64,000 bases of DNA, taken from contig OZ076412.1 in NCBI GenBank assembly GCA_964187785.1, positions 19,716,001-19,780,000 of the forward strand. The letters run 5' to 3'. This document shows, piece after piece, positions 11,801 through 25,416 of this stretch. This DNA comes from Amphiscolops sp. MND2022. Taxonomy: Eukaryota. Within the stretch, counting starts at the first letter, position 1. Every line of letters starts with the position of its first letter. The notes under the pieces are model-generated. The model made no database searches and was not told the origin of the DNA. It was given only the letters and a program-made list of their open reading frames with translations. Made by a program: the position numbers and the translations under genes.

Positions 11801-14150
11801 TATATTCAATTTGTATTAATAAAGTGAAGTCTAAGTAGGCTTTTTAATTGTATACTTTGACTACATAATTTAATAAATTGACGAAAGGCTAACGCAGATC
11901 AAAATTTTGCCGCAAAAGTACATGAAGTGACTAATATCTCGATGAAAAAATAAAGTACGCGAGTATGGACAGATGATGCTGGGAGGGTATATATAGCTTG
12001 TACTTGTAAAATTATTCAGTTCATTTTGTATTTCAATCTGCGATCTTGTATTAAGCTCCACTTTAATTTTTTTAAAACAATACCTTTAAGAACCTCGGTT
12101 CAAAATCAACAAACTCGAAAATCTTTTCATCGAGAAGTCAGAAGAGAAAAAATGTCCTTCAAGAAAGCAACAAAAAAAGAAAAGGTACAAAACAACGACC
12201 CTAACCGAAGTCGTAACAGTAAGTGCCGGGCAAACGTGGTCAGTTTGAAGCCTCCTTTGGCTAGCACCTCGACTAGATATTTTAAGCCAATTCAGGAGTC
12301 GGGAGCGAGTCCAAGTAGTCGTCCCTATAAATTTAAACTGTCACAATGGAAAACAATTTTCAATATCATCAGAAACGGCCAGTTAGGCTCGCGGCAACAG
12401 TTGTAGGAGGTCGAGTCCTATGGGCGGTGAGTTTTCTGTAACTTAGCAGTGCCTTTGAGAACGCGTGTCACTTCTGCAGGTGTGTTGAGATTCACCATAG
12501 GAAGGTGAGGAAGATACATTCTTGTCGTGATCTCTTCGTGGGATTGTGCCGAGATATTTCAGTTATGTAGCCTTTCGGTAGGTATGAGAGGTTATTGTCT
12601 CACGGTATCTGTTTTTAAAGACCTGTTCCCCAAGACTCCTTTCAAATAATTTTATTTGGAGAACAGCCGCATCTAAGTTAATCGGTAGGGCATCATCAAA
12701 GGCGCGAAGCGTTACATTTTAGCGAGTAATTTCATAATATTTGGGTCATTCAGGATTTCTAACGCTCGTTTGTCGGCAGTTGAACGCGGATCCAGCTGTT
12801 TCATGAGACCGAATGACTCGATTTTATACCCAGCGCAAAGCTGTGCCGGAAGCCAGTCGTGATCGGAAATCGCTTTGAAGCATGCGGAGATCAGATCGGA
12901 AGTGGTTGGTGGAGACTACATCGGTCGGATAACTTGAAAGCATCCTGTCACAAAGCTGGTACCACATTGGAGTAGCTGTATCGTTTTGCCTCAGTGGCGG
13001 AAGATGCGGACAAATCGCTTCAAGGGACGCAATATCAAGTTACGCACAACCGAGAGACGTCAGTACCGAAGTTGATGTTCCCTTTCAGATAGAGCGGCTT
13101 TTTTTAGGTTTCTCGAGATCCGTCGAGTCTCGAGAACACTAGCTTCACCAGCGTCTTTCGAGTTTCAGACCGTGGGCGAGCGTCCCTGTCATCCATGAAT
13201 GACTTCACGGTGAATTGCAGAGTGTGCAGGCTCTTGTTGAGCCATGGGAGCTGGATATACTCATTTTTATTATCTGTAGTAGTCCCTTCACATCTGGCTT
13301 GGACACAAATGTGACTGAACTTAGAGTGGAAATGATGTCAAGAAGTGTTTGAGTGAATGATGCCTTAGAGTTATTCAATCACAGACTCTGCAAAAGAGGT
13401 AGCAATGAAACTACTTGCATCGTTGGATTTTTGCCGACAGGTGTCACAGTTGAAATATCATGATGCTCAGTTTGGGTAGGTACTAGAGAAGTCGCCAGGG
13501 CATCGATGCTTGTTGGTTGCGTCAAGGATGCAGCAATCATGATCAAAAGAGTCAGCGCGGTTGATAGTCATAAAGAAACCGGATTCATTTGACCCTTTGC
13601 AGACAATTGCAGTGATTGGTTATGAAACGGAAGGTTGTTCTCGGGTGGAGGTTGTGATTGATTGAATAGTGGGGTTCCCACAGCTTACAGGTTGTCGATT
13701 TTAGTGGGGTTGTTTCAGAGCCATGTTGTAACTGAGAGTTCAGATCAGCTGAAAAAGCGTTTTCAACATAGTTTCTTTAACCTAATCACGGGTTTCATTA
13801 AAAGCCAAAAAAACGTCAACAAGAATCTTGTTGACCCTAGTAAACGTCTTCTTGGTGCTCGGCCTTTTCCATGAATGCTTCGGCTAACCTCTGTGTTTTG
13901 CTCTTTGGTTGTTCTCATAGGACAAAGCGATTCTTGGTTTCTTGGAGACACAAGACAGATTCATTTTTGCTTCTGACTTCTCGTCCGTTGGCTCTTCTTC
14001 TCGTCCGATGTCGACTAAGCATTTTTCAGGAGTGGATCGGGAGTTTCTGGGCTTTCCCTCAACTGCAAATTCCTCGTCGAGAGAATCATTTTATCGGTGG
14101 GCTTTGCTCAAACATTCATCATTGTTAGCTCTTTCATCCGTGTTTTAAGC
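8870..14150 (-). mobile_element. Degenerate BEL/Pao LTR retrotransposon internal region (gag-PR-RT-RH-INT), interrupted at ~11020-12130
   Basis: Minus-strand motifs in BEL order: YKIESFGLMKQLDPRSTADKRALEIL (~12830-12750); RT DDYLDS (12325-12308) then VLAKGGFKLTTF; FDPTRIFAPFTVRAELLMKHIWRISGRQQWND (~10800-10705); integrase SDEVLLTVFC*VEQTLNARPLT (~9290-9222); RDLVWID (~8990-8970). Many stops and frameshifts; LTRs not identified. Confidence 0.85.
11213..11490 (+). repeat. 51-bp minisatellite, ~5.5 copies
   Basis: Unit AAATTTACGTCCACGCTACGTCCACTATAATGGCGGACTGAGTCTAATACC in tandem; explains the 17-aa repeat in ORF 11182..11418. Confidence 0.95.
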
Positions 14151-15146
14151 TCCACTTACACCGTGTCGTATTCATTTTAAATTTTTGCGTGGAGTGAAAA
14201 AATATTGTTTTTGGAGACAGCCGAAGCTAGCTGCACCTCTCAAGTGTTAACAAGTCTTTCGACATTTTCTCTCTTGCCTTTCTTTTGTAAAGATTCCTCA
14301 ACCTGTTTTTGGTGTTTTTGAAATTCGACTTGAAACCTAAATCTAGCTTCCTTCATTTTATTGACTTTACCTTCCAAAGTTTTGTAGGTCTTGTCTTGAA
14401 CAAATCTGGTTGAAAAACCTCACTTCGAAACAAAATTGGATCTTTTAGCTGAAGTGGGAGAATCCTGCAGGAATGATGTTTATAGTCTTTAGAAAAACCT
14501 TCTGCGCTAAACTGCTTCTGCTAAAACTGAGAAATAAACCGAGGTCATCGACTCAACACAAAGAACGCGACACAGATTAGTTCGATTACTGATGGCAGAA
14601 AAGTACTATCGAAAAGTTGGAGCAGTCCAGGGGCCGAATGACGTGACAGAAAATTAACGTTCAGCTTATTTATCGGTAGAAAAGATAAAAGTGAAATGCA
14701 CAAAGGAAACCTAAAAAAACCACCGTCAATGCTCATCCATAACTGAAGACTGAACCTCAGTCACATGGGAACACCAGAATACCCTTTGAAACAGATGAAG
14801 AACAAACGTTTACGCAATAAACAACCCGCAGCGTAAAAAGTGAGCCAATATCTCGGAAACTCAGTGCGTTCCGTGCTCCCTCCGAACGAAAGAAAGAACC
14901 TCAAACAAAAAGGGCACGAAAAACACTTCAAAAAGATGCCAGCTTACGAATGCGACGAGCGCGACGTCGGCATTTGTTGTGTTTTTTTTTCGGACGATTT
15001 TCTCAGCACGCACGCTCATGCTTCCACTGTACCTTGACACCATGAACAATGACTTCACTTCTAAATTGTGCGGCAGGTATAGTGAGGAGTAGTCCCGCTG
15101 CAAAGATTACAAGTTTTGCGTTTGGAAATATAATCAGTCATAACGT

Positions 15147-16210
15147 TCAATGAAAAACTATGCTATCCAATGGTTGGAACATATCAGGGACACACTTGCG
15201 AGGACAGTACACCACATCTATGAATTGTTTTTGAGAGTGCGAAAGATTTCTGGGCACAATAACGGTCTGTTTCTGTTGCATGAGTGATTGCTCAAAAAAG
15301 TATACCGACAAACGATTCCACAGAACAAAGTTTTTTAAACGCTTGAAGCAGTTATTTAACAAGAATTGAATGGTTTTCTTTAATTTGACGGCGGTTGGGT
15401 TACAACTAAACCCGGGTACAGTGAAAACACGCTTTTTTAAGTCCTCTAAAAAACACAAGGAATATGCACACTACCAACGCTCGTTTAGAAGTGCGACAAG
15501 GAATATTTAGTTATTGAAGTGTCTTTTCAATCAAAAGTTTCAGTCAAAGTTGCTCTTCGTTTAGCAACCCTCTTGTACTTTGCTGACTGCGAGTTGCTGT
15601 AGCCGCTGCGTCATCCGTGCACCTGAAGCCTGAAGCCGTTGACCTTAGGAAAACTTGGGGAACTGCAGTAGGATGCTGGGTCAAATGATGTTGACCCTTG
15701 AGGAGACACTTCAACTTCGAAAAGGTTGGGTGGGAAACCATCGGATCGGGATGGCAGCTGCTCGTTTCATGGCACGAAAATGCTTCTTCTGAGTGTGTCG
15801 GTTCGTTGAGAAACGATGTTTCCAAAATAGTAATTGAATTCGATTTTACTTGATCGAAATACAATGCTAAGGAGATATGAGGTTCAATGATTATAAGAAA
15901 AACGCATAGGCGTTTGAGCCCGCAACGGTTAAGTGACCACAAAATGGCAGCTATCATGAGTACATGAACTTTACCGCTGAATATGCAACCTTTATCAATA
16001 GTGCGTACAATTAAATGTCAATGAAACTAATCATTCTAGAATCAAAGTCAGCTGTCAATCAAAAATGGCATGGGAGTCATTTTTACATGTCAAATAAGTT
16101 CAGAGAACAAAACAAAAGTTTAATGTATATATTTCATGGTATGTCGAAAAGGTGAAGAGGTTTACCAGAACCAACCTTTCGTTGCTTCAAAAACACCTCG
16201 GTAGCGTATA
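15147..16210 (-). pseudogene. Decayed coding fragments of unknown family (copy 2), 3' of a gypsy pol remnant
   Basis: ORFs 15147..15458 and 15544..15957; the latter shares the ILETSF block with 8305..8514. Confidence 0.45.
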
Positions 16211-16399
16211 GGTCAAAGTTCGTACCTCAAAATTTATGTACTTTGTTTAGGTGAAACATTATTTTCCTTGTTTTTGTTGACAAACAATTGCCAACAAGAA
16301 TCGTATATGTTTTGTAAATAGCACTACCCCTTAAACGCTATCTACGCTATATAATCTAGGCGATTCTCCATGTTCGTGATTATCAGGTTCTCCATTGTT

Positions 16400-19300
16400 C
16401 GGATAGTTTTTTCATCACGCTGTTTCCAATTTGATTTCTCAGCACTATTCATTCGGTTTCTTTTTTTATATTTGCAAAACTCATCGCCTTTCCCCCAATG
16501 CAAATCCTCATCTTTTGTCCTGTCTGAGCGTTTTAGAGCGTACTCTTGTCATCTACGTGTCTGTTGCCGGGCGCAAAAAACGCCTCTTCAAGGCAATCGA
16601 TGATTCGAACTCCGCCCTCTCCATGATGACCTAGATGATTCCTTCGTCGTGTGTCGAGTTTGGCACTTTGTGACTTACATATATTCAAAAGGCCTCCTTG
16701 CGTTCTGTTGAATATTCTCGCAAGTCGGTTTCTGGCTGGTTGTATATTCTCATTACCACACTAACTTCGTTCTCTGTACCTGTCAAGTCCATTTCAGTTT
16801 CTTTTTCTTCTGCTTTTTCGCTCTTCCAATAAGAAAGGTTGGTATCCCGCGCCAATTCTGTTCAACCGTTGGTAGTTCAACATACCGCCAATTTCCGCGG
16901 CTCTTGTTTGGTCTTGACGGGACGTATGCGACTCTTTCCACCAACAGGTCTTAACGGCGTCTCATTGTCCCTACAGAAAATAATCATCGGGTGCTACAGA
17001 CTTTTCCGTTTTTCAACTGGTCTTTGAATCTCCTACTTTTTAATCCGTCGTCCAAAATTTTCCAACATTTCTTTGGGTGCGCCCTGTGGGAAGTACTTGC
17101 AATCCAGTTATATTTTGAGATCAACAACTTGTTCAGTATCGTTAACGTACGAAATGGAAGTCGGATTTGGAGTGATAACTTTAAAAAAACTCCCGTTCGT
17201 GGTATTTTGGCCAAATTGCGTTTTTGTTCTGGAGTGTTCGTTTCGAGTGTAGTTGTTTTAAAAGATTCTCATTTGTTTTTTTTTGCTTTGATGTAATTGC
17301 ATCCTTATTGATCGACAAATAGCATTTCGAACTTCGAGTTCAGATGCTCAATTAGTATGTTTTTACCGTCTTTATCAATTGAAGGTGAAAATACTGTATT
17401 GTAATTTTCTTCCAGTATTCCTTGCGTTTCATGTTTTTCTCTTAAAAAGTCAATGAGTCTTGAAAAACTGCCAGCATGTACCGTATTGCGAAATGGAACT
17501 GTGCCAAACTATCTTGCCACCAAGTTTTTCGAGCCGTCTATTGCTTGTTACATCTGTTCATTCAGTGGTTCTAATTCTTGATGGTCAGTATCACAAAAAA
17601 CATCGTTTTCGTACGTGTACAGTGGAGTTTCTAGTACTTCAAGTTCTCTGAGTATTTCGTATGTATTGTTGGAGTAACTGCTTCCAGTTCTGATCGGTTA
17701 CAGGTTTCTGTTACCTCAGATCTGCCAAAGTGCCAGATAGTAACCATGTTGTACTTGTTATTCGTGTAACGTACTTGTTCAGTGGGAAGTTTTTGGTAGG
17801 ATTCCGAAAAAAGTTTTTTCATCTCTGGTATTTTTTCAATATTGCGTCAACTTCATCTTCGTGCGGATTCATACAGTTTTCGCATACCAGTCATTTTTCC
17901 GAATCAAAAATACAAAAATATCTTTTATTTGATTGGTATCTAGCTATTTCCAGTATTATCAGCCAGTAGAATATTCTCTTCTCGAGTAATTTTTCAATTC
18001 CCTGTATGACTACTATAATGGCGTTTAACCATGCTGGTGTGCAGTATTCGAGTGAATTGTTGTCGTTATACCGGCTAGTCTGTAAAACGTTTTTTGAACC
18101 GAGAAAAAGCACTGAAATTTCCTTCAGTTTTATATCGAAAATGTAAGATTCGGTGTCACGTAAAGTTGTACCGAAGCTTTTTTAGAACTCTTTTTTCATA
18201 GATCTTTTATGCTTTGCATGAGTGGTTTCACTTTAACAAAGTTATCTTTTCCTGGGATCGAGTTTCATTTTGACTGGTTTGCCGTTTTTCATGGTTACCT
18301 CTTCCAGAAATACCAAGCAATCGTCATCCACAGTCAAATTTTCCCAAAGTCCCAGTATTTTTGAAATGGCTTTTTCGCATCTTCTCGAAGTTGTAGTAGT
18401 ATTGGTATTGTTTTTTGTTTAACCGAATATTTTCCTTCGTTGTATCTTGGTTTCAATTGTATCTTAGTTTCGGTATCGTTCATCGCGGTGTTGTTTTCCA
18501 ACATGTCTGGAAACTGAGTATTGGCTGTTCTCGACCATTTGCTTTCGTCTGATCGTTAGTGTAAAATTTCTTATCCAGTGAATTATGAGCAGCTGTGTTA
18601 CGTCTCTTCTGTCAATTAGAGTTTCCATTTTTGCTTATAGTTTTGTATTCAATATTTGCCGGTATTTTCCTCCAACTTCACTTCATTTTTATTGACGTCT
18701 AATATCGGTTCATTGATTTTTGAATTTTTGCAAGTTTGAATATTTTTTGTTCGACGGCAATGTTGCTGATGAACCCGGGTCTAGAAATAATTCCTATTCT
18801 GTTGATTCCTGTTTGCGATGTGTAGTGTTTTTCTCTTCCTTCGATTTTCTTGATTCCTTTCATGTTTTGTATGCCTTCGTTTGATGCACTGTGATTCTTG
18901 CGTTTTTTTCTTCTTCGGCGAATTGAGCAAATATCTCATGAATGTTTTGCAATCGTGTTATTTTTTGAATAAGGAATTGAAATAATAGCAGTAGCGAAAG
19001 ACTTTGATCATAATTGCAATGGTATCTTTGTTCACTGGTAAAAGGGAAAAAATACAGATGAATTGTAGAATACTTTTCTCCAACTTTTGTTTTCCCTATT
19101 TTATCAGTGAGTGGTCGAAAGCTGCCGTTTCGCAAGAACATCCTGTAAATATGTACAGATTGAATAATATTCCCATTTTGAAACAACTTAGCTAAATCGT
19201 GCAGAAGGCGTCTGTCTGCAGAAAGTGTTGATAATTCTTGAAAAAGCAAAGTTTGCAAAGTTAAAAAATACATTTTTAAAGCTAGACTTTTTTCAAGTGG

Positions 19301-19400
19301 CACAGTTTTTTTCATTTTTTCTGAACCAAAATAAGTGCCTTTAGCCTTTTAAAACTTTGTACTTTGAAGCTACAATGGTCATGTGACTCATGCTAACAGG
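16400..19400 (-). mobile_element. Highly degenerate Ty3/gypsy remnant (gag/RT/RH/integrase pieces)
   Basis: 18340-18250 translates ENLTVDDDCLVFLEEVTMKNGKPVKMKLDPRK, matching the gypsy RT N-terminal motif (SPVV.V.K.DG.V.I.LD.R.LN). RNase H-like IIVVIQGIEK lies in ORF 17891..18112. Possible LTR start TGTTAGCATGAGTCACATGACC at ~19398. Confidence 0.5.
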
Positions 19401-19899
19401 CAGCCTAAAGCATTGCAGTAACAGAATCGATCAATTCACAGAAAAATTGACAACCAAATGGGAATCCAAGTAACTGAATCCACCTCAACTGAACAGATTG
19501 AGCAGTTTTTTATTAGCTTTCCCCCAATCAAATCTGACAGAACATGAAATTTTAGTGATGAAATCTTAGTCTGAATAGCTACTGTGTAAAGTTTTTGGCG
19601 TCTACAAAATCCCTTGCTTTTGCGCGAAGCACATACGCTAGACATAATTATGTTAATCATGTTTCTAGACCGGCGGAATAGTGAAAACAGCTGAAAAGGC
19701 TGGCAATAGCGTGCATCGATATGGCCTATTTGGCTAGCTAGGTATTTCCTTAGTAAACGTATCTTCTTAGGAGAGTTTAACGAGCCAGTGATCGACGTTA
19801 ACAACGAAATTTTTCGAATCGGCTAAGTCAAAGTTGATCTCGAAGAACGAATTTAACTAAGTCCCACCTTTGGTCGAAATTGTTCTAAGATACCACACT

Positions 19900-20790
19900 G
19901 GAAACAGTCACATTGCAAACGGAGTACCCCCCCCCCCGCCCGGTTTTTCTCAGAGACATGAAATTTGGCACACATATACCTGAGCTGTTATGCTACTGCT
20001 TTATAAATCACAAAAACGGAACCGAGCCGAGACCTCCCAATCCCGGGCTATTAGCACCGGAAGTGACCTAGGTCGACCCCCCGTGAACTCGTCGGCGAAG
20101 CACTGACTAAGTCATATAATGTATGGAATTGGTAACCCACAGGATATAAGGCCATTTTCGAATAATTTTGGAACCCTAGGACGCTTGAAGGAGGAGCACG
20201 GACCCTATATAAACAAGCCCCGCGCGTTATGTAAATAGCCAACGGATGACCCAAAGATCATGAAACTTACCCAAGATGTTTACCTACCAACCCTAAGTAA
20301 TATACATGAAAGATACATTAATCGGTCCACCACGCGCGGAGTAATGTTTGTTTAAGGCACGCGGGGCCGGACGCGCGGGCCCGACCGAAATATGACGTTT
20401 AACCTTGGCTTGTAATACCTCAAACGAACCGTTATAACGATTGTAGTCGATTACAAACAATGGAACTGTAATTGTGACCCATGCGGTGGTAACCGCTTTA
20501 AGTGAACAAACCATACGCATAGCATGTAACTCGGGAATCATTGACCCTAGGATGATATAACTTGGCATGTAGCAACATTGGATGAGGACGAATATCTTCA
20601 AGGTGACGGAAGGACCTCAAGGTCATTCCAGAAGCAATTTCGGAAAAGATAGGAAAACGTATGATAAAACATGTAAATTGGCGTCGTTTGCGTAATAATT
20701 TATGCATTTCACTCAGGCGAGACGATTCGCAATGCACCGCGCTCAGAATAAGAAGAAAGTACCCGTTACACGTAGAAAACATGTAAACCA
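19900..20790. repeat. Unclassified GC-richer interspersed repeat
   Basis: Recurrent ATGAAA(T/C)TT(G/A) motif (19958, 20260), similar to GTGAAACTTGGCAC at ~59576; no credible ORF. Confidence 0.3.
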
Positions 20791-21245
20791 TGAATTGAAG
20801 GTTATTGAACGGTTGGCTCGATATTGAAAAGATCTTGGGTGACTTGGATTATCATTGAAGTGTGAACTCTTGGAGCTATTGTGGAACTATTCGTCACTGG
20901 CGGCGAAGATTGTTTAGTCGAAGTAGAACCAGTGGTTTGCCATGCCATAAAAGGAATAGATATACTTGAAGTCAAAAGCATGCAACTTAAAGGGCGACAT
21001 TGAAACAACAAAAATGCGGGTGATGAACAAATATAGCTCAGTAGATTTGCTGACAAGTCCGGGACTTGTGATTTGGTTGAAGTTGGAGCTTCAACAAGAT
21101 TGAAATGCACCTAACGTAACTGGCTGAGTCGTGGATTCGATTGTGGTTGTATTTTCTATTGAGAATTGTAGATAGTACTTAATGAATATTAGTTAGTTTG
21201 ACTGATTTGAATTACCTAGTGTTATTTTTGCGATAAAGAAATAAT

Positions 21246-23582
21246 TTTATTATTCCATTACTCGAATTTTTTGGAAGACGCGAGCCGATAAGAGCAAATC
21301 TGGAGAGAGAAATTGACTGTAACTTCAAGAGAATTGGCTAACTCACTAAAACAACCTTTTTGTCTGTTAAGCTTCCAATTGGAGGTTAAACTCACTCCAA
21401 GCCCCGAATTGGATTTTCTTGCAGCTACTATACGTTGTAAGGACGGACTATTGGCGTTTGTTATTTTAAGCAGTGGATAGCTACTGTAGTTAGTGAGCGT
21501 TAGACAGATCATTCAAGCAAGAGTGCAAATCGCGTTCGACTTTCAACATTTTTGCTACCACTAAAACATTTTGTCTAAGCAGTTGTAATTTGTATTGCCT
21601 GCGACTATTCGATATCGTGCACGAACTAAAAGAGTACCAGCCAATTTGATGGTTGCCCTGGCGTAACTTTCAGAAGAAAGCGCAAATTATAGAACACTTT
21701 TCAAAAGAGCACATTTTACTGAAAGTGTTTATTTAACAGAGCTCGTGTCTGAGTACAATAGCGTTCAAAAATATCGCAACCTCATTGCTTAAAATAGCAA
21801 AATTCAAAACCAAATATCTCTAACTGTCACGAATACAAAAGTTTGCCAGCTAGGAAAAAAAACATTTTTATTGAAATGTTTTTTCGACAATTGAGTGGCT
21901 TAGAAATTTTTTTCATTTGGAGACTCTCTCTAGTCTCCCGAATCTACTGAATTGTTTTGATAGAATTTTTTTCGAATCAGAAAAAATGCACATTTTGTCT
22001 ATGAGCACTGAAGTACATGTATAGAGATAGGCTATAAGAATTGTATTTAGAAAATTGATGATTTTCATTTGAAATCGAAAATTTTTCAATCAAATCATAT
22101 CAGCATCCTCGGGAGATTTAGGGGATTGGTAACCTGTTTCGGAAGCCATATAAGATATCTTTTCACAAAACATGTTTTTCTAATTTGACACAGCTTCCTT
22201 GAGAACAGAACATTCACAACACTGCGACTTTGCGAGTCGGAAGCGGTCCTTCAACCTAGTCCGCTCTCAGACAGTTGATGTTTATAATGTCTGGAATTTT
22301 TCAACGGAAAGAACTAACAAGAAAAACTTTTCAGCATTGACTTTGTACCTTTTCGCTTAAATTGTGCGTCATCAAACATTTTACTAAGGCACCTGATTTG
22401 GCTCACATAAAACTTATTATTATTCCATTACTCGAATTTTTTGGAAGACGCGAGCCGATAAGAGCAAATCTGGAGAGAAATTGACTGTAACTTCAAGAGA
22501 ATTGGCTAACTCACTAAAACAACCTTTTTGTCTGTTAAGCTTCCAATTGAAGGTTAAACTCACTCCAAGCCCCGAATTGGATTTTCTTGCAGCTACTATA
22601 CGTTGTAAGGACGGACTATTGGCGTTTGTTATTTTAAGCAGTGGATAGCTACTGTAGTTAGTGAGCGTTAGACAGATCATTCAAGCAAGAGTGCAAATCG
22701 CGTTCGACTTTCAACATTTTTGCTACCACTAAAACATTTTGTCTAAGCAGTTGTAATTTGTATTGCCTGCGACTATTCGATATCGTGCACGAACTAAAAG
22801 AGTACCAGCCAATTTGATGGTTGCCCTGGCGTAACTTTCAGAAGAAAGCGCAAATTATAGAACACTTTTCAAAAGAGCACATTTTACTGAAAGTGTTTAT
22901 TTTACACAGCTCGTGTCTGAGTACAATAGCGTTCAAAAATATCGCAACCTCATTGCTTAAAATGGCAAAATTCAAAACCAAATATCTCTAACTGTCACGA
23001 ATACAAGTTTGCCAGCTAGGAAAAAAACATTTTTATTGGAATGTTTTTTCGACAATTGAGTGGCTTAGAAATTTTTTCATTTGGAGACTCTCTCTAGTCT
23101 CCCGAATCTACTGAATTGTTTTGATCGAGAACTTTTTTCGAATCAGAAAAAATGCACATTTTGTCTATGAGCACTGAAGTACATGTATTGAGATAGGCTA
23201 TAAGAATTGTATTTAGAAAATTGATGATTTTCATTTGAAATCGAAAATTTTTCAACCAAATCATATCAGCATCCTCGGGAGATTTAGGGGATTGGTAACC
23301 TGTTTCGGAAGCCATATAAGATATCTTTTCACGAAACATGTTTTTCTAATTTGACACAGCTTCCTTGAGAACAGAACATTCACAACACTGCGACTTTGGG
23401 AGCCGGAAGCGGTCCTTCAACCTAGTCCGCTCTCAGACAGTTGATGTTTATAAAGGTCTGGAATTTTTCAACGGAATGAACTAACAAGAAAAACTTTTCA
23501 GCATTGACTTTGTACCTTTTGGCTTAAATTGTGCGTCATCAAACATCTTACTAAGGGACTTGATTTGGCTCACATAAAACTT
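21246..23582 (+). repeat. Tandem duplication, 2 x ~1168 bp
   Basis: TATTCCATTACTCGAATT at 21251 and 22421; both units end GATTTGGCTCACATAAAACTT (22415, 23582). Only scattered substitutions and small indels between copies. Confidence 0.95.
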
Positions 23583-25416
23583 GAAAGCCCATTATCTAAT
23601 ATATTCAATTTACAAAAGTCTCAGGTATAAAATTCTCTCAAATTTAGATCAAATTAAATCAGCATCCTTTGTTTCGAAGTCGAAACAAAGGTTTTAAGTT
23701 TTTTTACGTGGTATTTTGAGATGTTTTGGCATTTTTCTAACTTTATTAGACATTATCTTGAAATATACTAGTCAGAAAAAAACCTCCATTGGCCATTTTT
23801 GTAGCTTAAACACTGTTCTTCAATTTTTTATAACACTTCTGAAAATGCTTTGGTGAAAAATGAAGAGCCAAAAACAGTTGAATTCCTTCAAAAGATTTTC
23901 TACGGAGTAAAAAAATCTTCCTTCTCTGAGTTCAGCCCCCTGAAGTTCGAAGGAGCTGTTAAAGCTGCGAAACAAAAACGTGTTAGATAGATCAACGTTT
24001 CTATTTAAAACAAAATGTATAAATGATATCAAACGTGACAATTATCAATTTAGAATAAGGTCCTCGGACAATATGAGGTAATCCAATATTTCCCTGCTCA
24101 CTTCTCCACTTGAAAAAAAAAGAATCTACGAGATTGTCAAGTGCGAGGCAGTCGAAATGAAAGGAAATTTTGAGGAAGCAAATTATCCGCCAGTATTTGA
24201 ATCTTCATACCTTTATAATTTAAAAAGGTCAACTGGAAGAAGCGTTCAACCAGGTTTTCCGATAGTTAACATTGGAATGATACATTTAAAAACGACTACT
24301 AAAAAATTTTCATTCAGAGTTCTGTCAAAAAAACCATTGGTTAATCTTCCGATACTTACCAAATGTTCCACTGGCGGATAATCAGAAACTTACTCATGTT
24401 TTTGTAGCAAGCCATCGAACACACTTTCTCAATAGCACAAATCTGAATTTTGGCAAAACTGGCTATTTGAAAGTTTTTGAGGCAAAACTATGTTGGGAGC
24501 ACCATGGATACGAATTCAAGTAGGCTCTTTTAGCCACAGTATAAACTTGTATAAAAACATTTGTACTAGCAGAAAACTGATGACTATATTCCTGAATTTG
24601 CACGAAAATATTTGAATTCATCATCTTCAGAAACGCCGTGTAGTTATTAGCCTGTGGTTGAAATTACAAACTTGGGCACTTAAAAGAAACAGGACATACA
24701 TTGAGCACCGAGATATTTTCCGCTCTGAGTCATTTCAACTAAATCACATTGTTAAAATTTTAAAACATCAGATTTTAAATAAGATATCGTTTAACTTTCA
24801 CAAATGCATATGTTACGAACCTTATTTTGGCCTTTAAATTCCTAGGAAGAAAATTTATTTTTGACAATGAAATTGAACTATGGCATAATTATGAGTAAAA
24901 GACGACTGATAAAATAATTTTACTTTCTCATATCATCAATTGAAGGCGGAAAATAGAAACCCATCCAAGAAAACGAAAAATAAAAATCTTCGAGTCTTTC
25001 AATTGCGAGGGAGGAAGCAAAAACTGTTTACTTTCATCGCAAAAGGGGAATGGCTGATTTGATTGCACCAAAATTAAGCAGAAATATATTCGAGGTTCAT
25101 CTAGAGTTATTTGATATCAATCAAAATGCAGTTGTAAAGCGAAAAACCAAACAAAATTCGAGATGCTGAACGTTTTGACTTCATACAATATCTTCCATAG
25201 TGACATTGAATAAAGACCAAAAGTCTCGCGGTCTGGAAACATCAGAATTTGCATAACTGAAAAATGATTGACAAAACTTTGTTGTAATGATTAATTTTGC
25301 GTGAGAGCAATTGCATCTGTTCGCTGTACAAACTGTTTCTTGATAATCCAAGGAATAGACTAAGGAGACTAATCTAAATTACATAATTCCATTCATTGGG
25401 TCTGTGTGTGGAGGAA

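Noticed and set aside
8415-16210. The ~400-bp direct repeats as LTRs of the BEL element
   Set aside because: Too diverged, coding-like and lacking TG...CA ends; reported as paralogous coding fragments instead.
20802-21110. Ser/Thr-rich 102-aa minus-strand ORF after a possible acceptor
   Set aside because: No motif and no partner exons found; insufficient support for a gene call.
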